From Octopus sinensis (Eukaryota): DNA of 64,000 nt. How positions within the stretch are numbered: position 1 is the stretch's first letter; every line of letters begins with the position of its first letter. The stretch covers positions 20,584,001-20,648,000 of the forward strand of contig NC_042997.1 of the NCBI RefSeq assembly GCF_006345805.1, written 5' to 3'. The notes under the pieces are model-generated. The model saw nothing but the letters and a program-made list of their open reading frames with translations, was not told the DNA's origin and did no database searches. Below, in pieces: positions 1-13,516 of the stretch. Position numbers and translations under genes: made by a program.

Positions 1-263
1 TCCGGACAACCCAATATTTTGCTGCTCTTCTCTCTTTTTTATCGCAGCTTATCACTTTCCCAAAACCACTTAGTACCCTTTGAAGGGCATCCAGATGTAG
101 AAACCATGCCAACACAGACTTTGAAATTTAACACAATCTTCTGATTTGTAAGTTCCTGTCGAAGTGCCCAACTCTAGTCCACATTTAGTGGACATACATA
201 TACACATGCTTAAGCACTTACTTACACATATATGCACACTTTGGAAATAGTAATAAATGAAAA

Positions 264-484
264 GGGTGGCAAGCTTGCAGAATCATTAGCATGCCAGGCG
301 AAACATAATCTGCTGTTATGTTCTGAGTTCAAATACCACCAAGGTCGCCTTTGTCTTTCATCTTTTCGGGGTCAATTAGACAAGTACCGGTTGCACACAG
401 GGGTCGATGTAATTAACTTAATCCCTTTGTCTGTCCTTGTTTGTCCCCTCTATGTTTAGCCCCCTGTGGGAAATAAAGAAATAA
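264..484 (+). mobile_element. SINE, short family B
   Basis: Shares the TTCTGAGTTCAAAT...CTTT...GGGGTC...AAGTACC...CACAGGGGTCGAT body and TAAAGAAATAA tail with >10 other copies in the window. Confidence 0.8.
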
Positions 485-1441
485 ATGGCAATAAATGAAA
501 GAGAAACTATGAATGCTATAAAATAGAGTATTAATTTAATTTGGTCATGTGACACCAATACTTGCACCTGTTTTGATCCCACTCCATGTCACCTTGGATA
601 AAATATCTTCTATTAAGTTGACAAAAACTTTCTCTCTCTCTCCTCCCCTCTTTCTCCTCTCTCCATCTCTCTCTCTCTCTCTCTCTTTAAATATATATAT
701 ATATATATATGTAGTTGAAATTTACAGGAAAACGAAAGAGGAAGACAGGTGTATAAACAACATACAGGTGTATTAGTTTAACGCCCGGGAAGGTGAGAAA
801 ATCTTTTAAGTTTCAAGCCTATGCTCTTCAACAGAAAGGAACAGGAGGTGATATATATAGCTAGATAGAAAGAGAGAGAGGGAGAGGGATTGGTGCAGTC
901 ATTTGGCTTGTCAAACCATCCAGCCCACGCCAGCATGGAAAATGACCAGTAACTGATGATGATGATGATGTATGTATATGTGTGTGCATGTATAAACACA
1001 CTTGCATATATATATATATATATATATGCGTATGTGTGAGTGTGTTAGTGTGTGTGTATGTATGTATGGCCATACCTATTTGCTTACACATATTTGTATA
1101 TTAATTACACAAACACACGTGAGGGGCAATATCCTATTTTTTTTAGTCAGAATTTGACACTTTGAAACAAATATCCATCCATTAACTTTCTCCAGCTCTT
1201 TATGAATTCCATAAAATTTTTTTTATACCTTTTATGCTAGCATTCCAAGCTGCTGTGCTCCCTAAAATGGAAGGTCACACTTAATCTAATAGCCTCTAAT
1301 ATACTTAACTTAGCAGTCCGCACAAAAATGTTGGATCCCCCTTTCAAGGCTAGAAAACATTAGAAAATGTACCTGTAATGTTATGCAATACATTATATGC
1401 TATCAAAAGCATATTTATAGTGATACTCCTACCACACTTGC

Positions 1442-1850
1442 ATTCATCATCATCATCATCATCATCATCATCGTTATCATCGTTTAATGTCCGTTTTCCA
1501 TGCTAGCATGGGTTGGATGGTTCAACTGGGGTCTGGGAAGCCAGGAGGCTGCGTCAAGTTCCAGTCTGATCTAGCAGTGTTTCTACAGCTGGATGCCCTT
1601 CCTAACGCCAACCACTCCGTGAGTGTTGTGGGTGCTTTTTACGTGCCACTGGCACAGGGACCAGATGAGGCTGGCAAACGGTCACAAACGGTTGATGCTT
1701 TTTATGTTTCACCGACACAAATGCTAGTCAGGCAGCACTGGCATCAGCCACGTTTGGATGGTGCTTTTTACGTGCCAATTGCACGGGTATCTTAACTACA
1801 ATTTCCATTAGATTTTGATTTTGATGTTGGTGTTGACATACTTGACTCAA
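1442..1850 (-). mobile_element. RTE-LINE-related short element (family C), (CAT)n tail
   Basis: (CAT)n followed by CGTTTAATGTCCGTTTTCCATGCTAGCATGGGTTGG...; same 3' end as the RTE LINE at 35698-36700. Confidence 0.8.
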
Positions 1851-1968
1851 TAGGTTTCCTCAAGCACAGTGGGTCACTCTATGCTACAGTAAATACTAAA
1901 GATAAAAATGTAACCTATAAAGGGTTTTCCTTTGTCAATATGTTATAATCGCTTCTTGTTGAATTGTG

Positions 1969-2008
<40 letters not shown>

Positions 2009-2289
2009 TTCTCTCTCCTTGTGGCACCATTACTGTACCTCCCTTTTGTTCCTTTGATCACTTTGATCACCATACTCCACCTCTTTCTTAATCTTGTCCC
2101 CTCATCTCATTTCTCCCATCATGTCTAAAATAACTTTTTCTTCATGCCCAACTACAGATAGGTGCAGGTGGTGGGGCTGTGTGGTTTTGGGTTCAGTCCT
2201 ACTGCATAGCACCTCAGCCAAGTATCTTTATCTATAGTTCTTGTTCAGCGAAATCCTTGCCAATTGATTTGGCAGATGAAAACAGAAAG

Positions 2290-2380
2290 AAGCATATTAC
2301 ACACACATGCATGCATACACACGTGCACACACATGCACATACACATACATACAAACACATACATACATACATATACATGC

Positions 2381-2416
<36 letters not shown>

Positions 2417-2491
2417 ATGTATATATATATATATGTATATGTATATGTATATATATATATATGTATATGTATATGTATATATGTATTTGTA

Positions 2492-2522
<31 letters not shown>

Positions 2523-2625
2523 ATGTATATATATATGTATATATATATATGTATATATATATATGTATGTATATATATGTATATATATATATATATTATA
2601 TATATGATGATATATATATATATTG
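2290..2625. repeat. (CA)n/(AT)n/(ATGT)n compound microsatellite
   Basis: Direct reading; explains the overlapping YI/CI-rich ORFs. Confidence 0.95.
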
Positions 2626-4486
2626 TATAATCAATGTTATTCATTTCCAATATTCAGTAATAACATGTCTGGCTTTGGGAAAATATTACATTGGTAGGAA
2701 ACAGGAAAGAGTTGGTGACGTGAAAGATAGCTGACCATAGAAAATCCACCTCAATATATAAACTCCATCTGATCCATACAAGCATGAAAAAACAACCATT
2801 AAAATGATGAAGATGCTGCCCTCTTCAAAACACATCAATTTGGCTCTTGCATCATTTGATTTTTTTCCTACGAACAACATTTAAACTTCACATTAACTAT
2901 ATCAATCAAATCCAACTGTTCATATCTCATAATCAAAATGTCCCTGATAAGTTAATATTAAGCCCTTTCTCAGATTAAGTAACAAAATAAATTACTAATT
3001 CTGTATTGATTAATATTGACAGTAACATTTTCTGTTTTAATTTGATATCATCATCATCATCATCATCATCGTTTAACATCCGTTTTCCGCGCTAGCACAG
3101 GTTAATCTATTCCATATGTGAATATTTTAAAAATCATTATCATTTCTAAGGATATGATGGTCTTATTTTATGTTGTTGTATTTAGGAATGGTTTTTTGCC
3201 AGTTTAGCCAATAAAAATACACGCACTACATATTTGGTGTTAATTTGCTTCAGCTTTATTTATTTTTTACATTAATCTTAATCTTATTTCGGCTAGAGTT
3301 CTTTCTGTGACCTCATCAGTGGTCCTTTGCTTTCTTCTTTCTTATTTGTGTGTCTCTCCTTACTAACGGTCAGCCATTTTGTATTTTGTATTCTGTATTT
3401 TAGTTATTTACATTGTTTTGCTTTCCTTCACAGCTGATCCAACTCAAGCCAAAACATCATAGTTTTTCTCTCACATCTTAATATGCTCTGGAAGCTATTC
3501 TGTATTAGTTAGCAGCTTTTGTATCCTGTAATGCTGTTACATTTTTCTACATGATTAGTAGCTTTACTGTTTACACACTCTTTCTAAGTAAATCTTAGAC
3601 GATACAAATTAATAATGCTGTTACTATTCTCATTGCTTAAATTCCCCAATCACTCAATTTAACAGGCCATAACCATAATTAGTTTAAAGGTCCCATCACT
3701 TACACCATAATTCCAACTATCAGATGCTTTTTCTCGCAAGTAGCTCCATATCTATTCAATATGGAAAGTTATATAATCCTCTAAAGTTATATAAACCTGT
3801 TAATGTGCAAGAATTCCATTGCTATTATGACATCTTCAAAGAAATACATTTAGAACTTCACAAATAATTGTTGCATCACAATCATAATTTCCAGTTTGAT
3901 AGAGGCAATTATTAATGTCTCCTATTTATCTAACTTTCTCTTCAATTATAGAAAGATTGCTACATTATTTCTTATGAAACATTGTTCTCTTAATGTTAGG
4001 ACAGCACATTTGCTGTGCTGCATTAGCTATTAACAATAACTGCAACAGGGGAGACAACCGTCTTTTTCTGGATGGAAACTGAAGGAAACTAAATTAGCGA
4101 TCAACTTTCAGCAGTAGTAATAAATGGTAATCTAACATTATTCATTACCTAAAATAATGTACTTGGCTAAATTTATAATAGGTAGTGGTAATGTGGTGTC
4201 TATGAGAAAAATAGCTTAAAATATAAGTACAAAATCTGTTTAGAACATAATTGAACACCACCGTTTTATGTTCTTAGCTGCTTAATTGTACCCTCTCTCT
4301 GTGAGCTGTTAACTATCTAAAGAGTAATTTTATATCTTTGTGTTAATTAAACCATTACATGACTTCAATTTTCTCAATCAATTCTAAAGAAATAAGACAT
4401 CAGCATCATCATAGATGGTTATAATGTAAGGTGATTGCTATCATTCTTTCACTTTCTCTCTCAATATACAGGGTGTTCAGGACTCC

Positions 4487-4690
4487 AAGCTGGCAGAATC
4501 ATTAGCACATCAGCAAAAATGTTTTGCAATCTTCCCTCTGACTTTACATTCCGAGTTCAAATGCTGCCAAGGTCAACTTTGTCTTTTGTTTTTTTAGGGT
4601 CGATAAAATAAATGCCAGTTAAGCACTTGGGTTAAAGTAATTGGCTTATTTTCTCACACAAAATTGTTGGCTTGTGAAAAAATTTCAAAC
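4487..4690 (+). mobile_element. SINE family B, diverged
   Basis: AAGCTGGCAGAATCATTAGCAC...GAGTTCAAATGCTGCCAAGGTCAACTTTG body. Confidence 0.7.
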
Positions 4691-4859
4691 TAAAAGAAAG
4701 GATGTTCAGATTCAATTTGACGACTTTTTAGGTCTCAATTTTCAAAAACAGGTTGATGAATTGGTGAACAGTTAACAGCATTGGAGAGCATAAAGATTAA
4801 AGTTGTAGTTGAGAAAAAGCTGCCTGACATGGAGTATTGGAATTTATCTGAATACTGGA

Positions 4860-5577
4860 AATGAGTTACCTGTATCATGATGATTCATGCAGGGTATCAA
4901 ATTGCCAGCATCAAGATTGCTGCTCAATGCTCTGTGAATGTTATGAAAAATGGAAGATATGATATGGACAGCTGCAATGAAGACTATAAAGCCATGGCAG
5001 GCAGGAAGTGACTCCAGTCTGAGTGACATCATGCTGCCCCACAGGGCCTTATACACAAGTCAGACAGCTATGTGAAGCTGCTAGAGACTGTGGTGAAACC
5101 CTAGCTTGAGAGGTATGCTGCTGGAATGTCACAGGTGAGGCAACAGGATTTGGTTCCTTGTTATACCTCCAGAACTACTGAGAAGTGGTTGTTGAATAAT
5201 TTCTACTTCATCAGCCCCAATTTCTGGCCTCCTAATTCTCTAGTTCTAATCTCAAGGATTACTATGTATAGGATATGGTTCAGAAAGACACCAACTGCTC
5301 TGCCTGCATCACCAAGGTCAAGTTGGTGGCCAAGATTAGAGAGATGCTTGAAGATCTTCCCAAGGACACAGTGAGGAATGTGGACACCAGCTTTCAAAAC
5401 CATCTAGTGGCTGTGGTGGAAGCTAAGAACAACTACTTGGAATAAACTCTTATCTCCCAGTCACTATCTAGTTGTCACTCTTTGATTTTTTTTAAATACT
5501 TTTATCCTTTGATGGAAATTTATATTTTCTTTTCCTTTTGCACGAACTGTCAAATTTAGTCCAAACATGCTCTGTGT
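4860..5577 (+). mobile_element. Tc1/mariner (maT/DD37D-like) transposase relic, internally deleted
   Basis: Frameshifted translation YVKLLETVVKP, QQDLVPCYTSRTTEKWL, FWPPNS (degenerate WPPNSPDLNP) and C-terminal HLVAVVEAKNNYLE* (stop 5443-5445). Confidence 0.8.
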
Positions 5578-5599
5578 GTGTGAGTGTGTGTCTGAGTGC

Positions 5600-5822
5600 A
5601 TGTGTGTATGTGTTTAACTGTGTTGTGTGTCCCCCCCCATTGCTTGACAATCAGTGTTGATTTGTTTATGTTCCCATAATTAAACAGTTTAACAAAAATT
5701 ACTGATAGAATAAGTACCAGACTTAAAAAATAAGTACTGGGTTTGATCTATTCAACTAAACTCTTCAAAATGATGCCACAGTATGGCCACAGTCCATTGA
5801 CCAAAACAAGTAAAAAGTAAAG
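5600..5822 (+). mobile_element. SINE family A, 3' half
   Basis: TTGCTTGACAATCAGTG...GATAGAATAAGTACC...CAGTATGGCCACAGTC...AACAAGTAAAAAG tail shared with 44835-45238. Confidence 0.7.
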
Positions 5823-6448
5823 AAAGCAGCCAATGACATCACCATTATCATTACTACTACCACTGCCACCACCACCATCATCATCATCATGTGAATATAT
5901 ACTGTAATGTATTGTATATGGAAGAAGAAAAACGTTAAATGCCATTGCTGTTTATATGAGCAAGTAGAAAATATATATATTAAAAATCCATTGTGGCAGC
6001 TGACATTGCAAAGACATTAGGATAACAATAATGTGGGCTGTATTAATGTTTACATGTGTCCATTGTATCATCATTGCTGTGTTACATTCTACAAACTAAA
6101 AGCCGGTTGTGATTTTAGCCTTAAAAGAGTACCATGGGAAAGTATTGCTTACTGCTGTAAGAAATGGTAGCAATGTATTTTTAGTCCAATTTTCCTTATT
6201 TCATATTACTTGACAAATGGCAAAAAAAAAAAAATAAGCTTGAACACAAATTCTGTCTTCCTTTTTTTTTAGTTCATCTAATTCTATCTTTTCATTTAGA
6301 TCCAGAACATGCCATTAGACAGATTTTCTTTCATTTGAAATAAAGGTCTTAGCATGCATACATCTCCAGAAAAAGCCTAGTTTTATCAACATTCTACACT
6401 CATGTGGTGCATAACCTCCTACTGTATTCAATTTCTTCAGCTTTTCAG

Positions 6449-6512
6449 GTAGAGCAATAGGGCCTCTTTATCAGGATTTGTATAAAACTGTCAACCCAAT
6501 TCATGTACACAG
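6449..6512 (+). CDS. Candidate isolated 64-nt coding exon (unknown gene)
   Basis: Acceptor ATTTCTTCAGCTTTTCAG, donor CAG|GTAACC, one open frame (G)RAIGPLYQDLYKTVNPIHVH; no partner exons established. Confidence 0.2.
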
Positions 6513-6632
6513 GTAACCATCAACTGATATTTCTGCATCTTTAGTTTCTTGCTTGACTAATGAGATTCTATCAACATTTTCAAGCTGCTGCTACATATAA
6601 CATAAACATTTAATATCTTGTATACTTTAAGG

Positions 6633-6832
6633 CAGTATGCTGGCAGAACCACTTGCACACCAGGCAAAATTCTTGGTAGCATTTCATCCATCTTTATGTT
6701 CAAATCCTGCCAGGGGTGACTTTGCCTTTCATCCTTTTGGGGTTGATAAAACATGTACCAGTTGCGCACTAGAGTTGATGTAATCGGCTTACCCTTCCTC
6801 AAAATTGCTGTTCTAGTGCCTAAAGTTTGAAA
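6633..6832 (+). mobile_element. SINE family B
   Basis: Conserved GACTTTGCCTTTCATCCTTTTGGGGTTGATAA core. Confidence 0.75.
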
Positions 6833-6956
6833 CATATATTTTGTGTTCTTTAACACATGGATGTAAACTCATCCAGTTATTTTAGTTGCAACAGATGGTT
6901 AGATTAGATATTTTTGGTAAATTTTGTTAATAATTTAAACAGAAAATAGTCACAAG

Positions 6957-7274
6957 ATATTCTGTTGTGTCTGGGGAGAGTCATTTTCCTTTTGTGCCTT
7001 ATAATTTAACACACTCACAGGTAAAATTTCCCCTTATTTCTTATTTTTATTTTCCTAAAATTTTCATTGTGTCTTGCAACCTTTTCAATAGTCTTGACTC
7101 TGTCCATTATTTACACTGCATTAACAACGAACAGAGTCAAGACTATTGAAAAGGTTGCAAGATGCAATGAAAATTTTAGGAAAATAAAAATAAGAAATAA
7201 GTGGAAATTTTACTGGTGAGTGTGTTAAATTATAAGGCACAAAAAAAAGACTCTCCCCAGACAAAACAGAATAT
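6957..7274. repeat. Long inverted repeat (about 145-bp arms, 27-bp spacer)
   Basis: 6957-7103 is the reverse complement of 7131-7274 with few mismatches. Confidence 0.9.
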
Positions 7275-8969
7275 GCTTCAACACACGAACTCATATAAAG
7301 AATCTTGCAAACCAAATCCAAAAAGTCACAAGATATTTCAGATTCAAAACAGTCTTACATTTTATGAAGTTTCAAAAATAAAAATTTAGCTGACTATATT
7401 CCAAAATTGTTGAAATAATCATTTCAACAAAAGCTATGTTTTGCTGTAGAGTGTATTTAATATTATATAATACATCCAAAGCTTAAAATATTGATTTATT
7501 CAAATGCAACTGGTAATGTAAGCCTGTTAATGTATTGAAATGTAAACTTGTACTAAGAAATATTCCTATGAAAAACATGCAGAAAGTCAATACTGTAAAT
7601 TGTTTCTCTCATGCTGAGTAAAAGAAAAAGCATTTACAAAAGAAAAATCATTTTCATAATCTAGGTGAGTTAAAACTTCTTTTGCCAGCTTAATAGCAAT
7701 ATAATAGATGTCTTTTTAATCTATGGTTCTTTGTTCAAAGCCATTTAAGAACCCATTTCAGCAAACAAAATCCTGGAGAAAAAGATTTTAGGAAACAAAT
7801 TATCTCATTTATGATTATTTTGACTTTATTCTTTAAAGTCAATTATTTATCATTAAAATATATTTAGGAAGGAATATATTATGAAATGTTCATACTATAC
7901 TGAGAAATCCAATGGATTATTAAAATAATAAAATGATATTTAATGGAAAATGAAGGTTCATAATGTAAATATTATATCTGAAAATAGAAGTCATGGAAGA
8001 AGTTATGAAGTATAAATTTAATTCCTGGCTTTACAAATGTTATCTCTTATGGTACAAAGTATCTGGAATCAATATAAATTATTGAAATAATGCAGTACAT
8101 TTACTTCTCTTAAATATTATATAGCTTTGAAGAAAATAAATAATATTATAATAAAAAAAATATCATAACAATAAATAAAAATAAATGAATGAAATAAAAA
8201 TAAATAGGTGAAATAAAATAAAAATAAATTAAATATTAAGTATATTTTTAAATAAGAAAAATATTTATAACAAAGATGGCAGTTTTTGACATGTAAAAAT
8301 GTCATACAATAGAACAAAAAATTTCATACGTTGATAGATACGAAACAACATTTTCTTCTAATTTTACTAATATAATTTCTCTTCAACTATAATATTTTCT
8401 ACTTTTCTTTTTCTCTGATAACTTAGCAGAGTACTTATCATATGAAAAATAAAAAGTAAAATAAAATTGGATTTTACATTACAACCTGTACAATATGAAT
8501 GCCGAGAAAGTTATTTCTCACTTGTAACATGCAATGAAAGTTTATAAGCACTTAAAAAAAACATTATAGTAACCACTTCAAAAAATATACTTTGCTGTGA
8601 TTGTTGTTGCTGTTATTATTATTATTAGTCTTCCTATTGAGAATTTAAAGAATATTGCTTTGATTAATAATCCTAAGTGTCTTTGTATCAAATTAACAAC
8701 TTCCCTCTAAATATCTACTAATTCATTTCCCATTTGCTAGACTTTCAGAAGGAACCAAAAAAAGACAACCTACATTCTATCTAGATTTTTAAAATAATCT
8801 CTTCCCTCAAGACTAACTGAAATATGCTTCCTGAAACTTAAAACTAAGATACTGAAAGATAGGATAATAATAAGCTGTCTAGTTTATATTTCCAAAAAAT
8901 AAAAAATAAAAAATAGTAAAAGAAAAAGGAAAGAAAGAAAAATTGTGAAAGATAACTATGAATTATGAT

Positions 8970-9311
8970 TTTATATATGTATGTATGTATGTATGTTTAT
9001 CTATCTATCTATGTCTCTCTCTCAACATATAAATATATATATATATATACATATGTGTATATACATTTATGTATGTATATATCTATATATATGTATATAT
9101 ATATATGTATGTATATGTATGTGTGTATGTATATATATATATATATACTCAAACATATATATATATATATACATATGTGTATATACATTTATGTATGTAT
9201 ATATCTATATATATGTATATATATATATGTATGTATATGTATGTGTGTATGTATATATATATATATATATATATACTCAAACATATATATATATATATTT
9301 ATATATTTACT

Positions 9312-9358
<47 letters not shown>
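8970..9358. repeat. (AT)n/(ATGT)n microsatellite with about 127-bp higher-order period
   Basis: CTCAA(A)CATAT landmark recurs at about 9021, 9148 and 9276. Confidence 0.85.
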
Positions 9359-10395
9359 AGTTAGACAGATAATTATATTCAATTCCTTGTAGTATATTTT
9401 TTTCATATAGTTATTTATTGACATATACATTCATACACATGATTATGTGTGTGTGTGTGTAAATGCATACATATGTACATGGATGCATATATAAATACAT
9501 ACATAGATATATACTTAAATACATACACATCATTTTGTCAATCAATCTCTTTAACTAACACAACACACATAAAACATTCGAAAACATATTGACTATACAC
9601 TCCTCAATTTTGCTCACATGAGTAAAGTAGAAAAGAAACAAGAAAACAGACATACAATATACATCAATAGTTCTCTTCAAGTCATTGGCTCCCTATTTAA
9701 GAAGAGGAGAAGAGAAAACCAGAATTTTATCTTCCTTTCTTCCATATTGAGTAAATGTCAATCATGCTAACCCTTGAAACAAACAAGTTGCCGACATATT
9801 CAGATACCTGCCAATATGATGATCACATTTGATAATTGTTCTCTGTCAGAGGCAGTCTTCTTTCTAAATTGATGCTCTCAATCATCAATGTCGCTATTAT
9901 CTATTGTGAATGGTACACCTTTGTGAAAACAGATCTACTCAAGCTATGCAGGACGTAAAGGCATCGTTAAAGAAGAGCTTATCTTAATGATATTCTTCTT
10001 CTCTGGTTTCATTCAGGATGTGAGCTAGCCTCTAACAACAAGGAGGTACTCACTTTTTCTATGGCCACTGATAATTCATTCTCTTTTCGTTTTTCACACA
10101 CAATACCTTTTCCTTTTTCTTTGTTTCCTTCTCTCTCATTCTGTTTCCATCTTACCCTCTTTCTCTCTCACTTCCCTTCTTTCTCTTTGCTAACATAAAA
10201 TTCTTTCATTAAGTTTAATACTAACACAGATACATTTTGTTAAAAAGTTTGTTTGTGCAATTTATACACTCATATTTTTACAGTTCTATGTTCACTTGAC
10301 AGAAATTAACTTATGAAATATAAGGAAATACATATTATGCTCTCTTATGTAAACATATAATGACGTATATTTTACATATTTTTTTACCAGACTGA

Positions 10396-10735
10396 GTCAC
10401 TGGACTATGGTTATGCAGGGGCACCACTGTGAAGGATTTATTTCTATCACATTACACCCAGTATTTATTTCAAACATGAAGTGGCACAGTATAAGGAGCA
10501 ACACTCTTTTCACCAAATACAACAAATGCAAAGACAAACAAATATGTATGTATGTATGTATGTATGTGTATGTATGTATGTATGTATGTATGTATGTATG
10601 TATGTATGTATGTATGTGTGCGTGAATGTGTATGCTTATGTGCACACACACACACACACATATGCATGAGCTTCTGCATAGTATCCAACTACCAAATTTT
10701 ATCCAAAAAGTATTTACCAGCCTAAGTCTACATTA
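10396..10735 (+). mobile_element. SINE family A, diverged, with expanded (ATGT)n
   Basis: Head similar to GGCACC...GGCAAGTGTCTTCT family A sequence and internal microsatellite. Confidence 0.5.
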
Positions 10736-10740
10736 GAAAA

Positions 10741-11458
10741 TAATAATATTAATAATGATAATGAAATTATTGTATACAGTGCTCAGGTGCACCACAACTT
10801 GTCAAAAGTGTGTATGAAGCAAATGCAGTAATGTACAAATGTCTGGAAAGTGAACAGTGTATGAGTCAAATACACGCTTACGTTTGAATGGAGGGGAGAA
10901 AATCAGGTGTAGTGTTGGCGAATCTCAGGAAGCATGGAAGTTTTGAAGGATGCAGTGCTCCGACAACTAACAACTGATGCCGGCAGTTTATTCCATACTT
11001 CAGCAACTCTTAGCATGAAAAAATGTTTCCGAAAGTGCTGTGCTGTTTTCTAACTTTGTAAACATGTCCACTAGTGTTAGACAGGTGGTGTTTGAAAAGG
11101 TGCTCAGAGTTATTGTATGTAAGATAGTTAATAATTTTGTCTGCCAAGTCAGCTGCCAGACATCGGAGTTTCCATGCCCAGGGAAGTAAGGTGTTCGGAA
11201 TATAGCATATACCTGATGGAGGGTATTCTCTTGGTTGCATGTCGCTGAACGGTTTCCAGATGATTAATATCCTGGGCAAGATAGGGGTTCCAGACCGGTA
11301 ATACAAATTCCAGGTGAGGCCGCACCATAGCTATATAAAGCCTCAGATAGATAGCCAGAGAGCGGCTCACAAAGGACTTGGTAATTGATGCCAAGACACC
11401 CTCAGCCTTCATGGCAATTTTAGCAATGTGTTTTGTCCAACTCAAAACACTTGTCATT
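10741..11458 (-). mobile_element. CR1-clade LINE, 5'-truncated 3' end
   Basis: ORF 11149-11457 gives LSWTKHI..KAEGVL..LYIAMVRPHLEFVLPVWNPYLAQDINHLETVQRHATKRI, typical CR1 post-RT region; AAT-rich tail near 10741. Confidence 0.85.
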
Positions 11459-11581
11459 TGTGCTGCATAGCTGTATTGAACTTAGAACAACATAGTTGTT
11501 AAGAGTACTTCTTAATCACATGGATGTGGCTGCATCTAAATATACATAGTATACATGTGATATGTGAGAGAAAGAGAGGTG

Positions 11582-11730
11582 TACAACAAAAACAACCCAA
11601 GTACAATTGAATTTCTGTAAAGATATTAACATGAAATATTTCATAAAATACATGCAACATTACATAGTTCATAGTGTGTATATTAATACTAGAACATGTA
11701 TGTATGTATTTGTGTGTATGTATGGGTATG
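11582..11730 (+). repeat. Direct repeat copy 1 (copy 2 at about 12300-12442)
   Basis: TGAATTTCTGTAAAGATATTAACATGAAATATTTCATAAAATACATGCAACATT shared, offset 718 bp. Confidence 0.85.
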
Positions 11731-12732
11731 TATTAGTTTGTGTGTGTGTGTGAGACTATGCTGTTATCTTACTGTGTATATTCTTTCCTAATCCTAAGCA
11801 CAAGGCGTGTATATTAATACAGAAATGTATGTGTGACAACATTGTTGTCCTACTTGTAATATTAATAGAATACAAGAGTACTTATTGTGAGCTTGAAATT
11901 TAATAATGCTTGGGGTCCCTTTGTAATCTTTTTCATTCTGTGAAAAATCAGTTCCTTCTATTGAGAACGTGTTGCCAAAATTTAGCTTTCTGACAAAATG
12001 AACATGCAAAAGTAAGTTCTGATTGGATGGAAATAACCAATAAAAAAAACTCAGCTGTGTAATTTTGCCAGATTTCTGCTGTTCCAGTAAAGTGTCTATA
12101 TGACATGTGTAGTTCAGCATATCAATTGGTACCCCAAAACAATACCAACATTCTTTCATCGTTAATAAAACCTGTCGAAAAGACAAAGTAATTGACAGTT
12201 CTGATTAACTGAAAGTCATGTACATAGTATGTATGTGATATATGAGTGTGAGCGAGAGAGAGATAGAGAGAGAGAGGTGGGGGAGAGAGATCATATATAT
12301 ACAACAAAAATAACATAATTACACCTGAATTTCTGTAAAGATATTAACATGAAATATTTCATAAAATACATGCAACATTGCATAGTTCATAGTGTGTATA
12401 TTCATACTAGAGTGTATGTATTTGTTTGTATGTATGGGTATACATCAGTGTGTGTGTATGTGTTACATTAATAATGAACTAAAGGACAAGTCAATACCAG
12501 AAAGTTGGGTATCACATTCGTCAATGGAATTTAAACTAATGATCCAGTACCAATGATTTCATAATGTCTAATTCATCAGCAAAAAAAAAACATCAATACT
12601 AGACCACTGATAAAATGATATTAAAATATACATACACATATATAAATATATAATACACACACATATATATAAAATAGAAACATTGTTGTTCCTAAATCTC
12701 TCAATGAGAGATATTCAGTAGCAGCACTTTAA

Positions 12733-12944
12733 CCCTTTAGTTACTGTATTTATTTTGAGATTCCATGTTTCTTTCAATTACTTTAAATATAACACAGAAT
12801 TTAGTAAAATAACGTAGTCATCATTAAGCTAGTGTTAGGAACATAAATTGTGACTAAGGCTTGGTGGAAGATTTTAATTCAGAACTTATGAAAACAAGAC
12901 ATTTGTACTCAGAACCAGTTTCAGCCGGGTTGGTAAGGAAAGGG
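12733..12944. mobile_element. piggyBac-like MITE
   Basis: TTAA|CCCTTT ... AAAGGG|TTAA termini (TTAA at 12729-12732 and 12945-12948). Confidence 0.75.
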
Positions 12945-13479
12945 TTAAAGTAATGATTCACAGATACTGCTTTGCACTGGGTGTGTGGGGGGGGGATACT
13001 AACCTCCCCTGTATGAAAATATAAGGACACAGATTGTGTGTCTTATCGCCAGCTGGAGCTGATGTCTCCTGCAGGCTAAACAGCAGTAGCATTCGGCCCA
13101 AAACGGAACTGCCATATTAGGTTGGCAAAGAATCATTACTTTATATATAATTTATTCGCCATGATAGATTGCAAGCCACTACACATTCTTTATTTTCTCT
13201 CCTTGTTTCTTTCTGTGTTCCTTTCTATGGAAGAGCATAGGGTCGAAATATTAAAGACTTTTACACTTCCTGATCGCTAAACTAATACATCTGTTTGTTG
13301 TCTACACCACCTGGCTTTGTCTTTTGTTTTTTTGTGAATTCTCCATATATATATATAATAGCCTATTATGACAACTTACTAATTGTTCTAAACTATACAT
13401 ATATAAATTCCTCTATTTACCTAATATCAAGGTCTCATTCCTTTTTTGTCGTTTTATTTTATCATTATTATATATATAT

Positions 13480-13516
<37 letters not shown>

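Noticed and set aside
2179-2734. Long ORFs rich in YI/CI/HT (also 8965-9392, 14618-15124, 15745-16152, 26206-26922, 63110-63569)
   Set aside because: Translations of (AT)n, (CA)n and (ATGT)n microsatellites, which lack stops by composition
3287-3319. Minus-strand CTGATGAGG...CCGAAA hammerhead-like motif
   Set aside because: Stem II poorly paired, no NUH or stem I; at most a dead PLE relic
10017-10045. Strong acceptor with short open frame GCELASNNKE
   Set aside because: Weak donor (GTACTC) and no linked exons
13004-13068. Possible minus-strand 65-nt exon (also 18785-18871 minus and 62515-62549 plus)
   Set aside because: Splice-like signals are frequent by chance in AT-rich DNA; peptides unrecognised; no coherent gene model could be assembled
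13225-13252. CTATGGAAGAGCATAGGGTCGAAATATT hammerhead-like remnant
   Set aside because: Core and stem II are mutated; not supportable as a ribozyme
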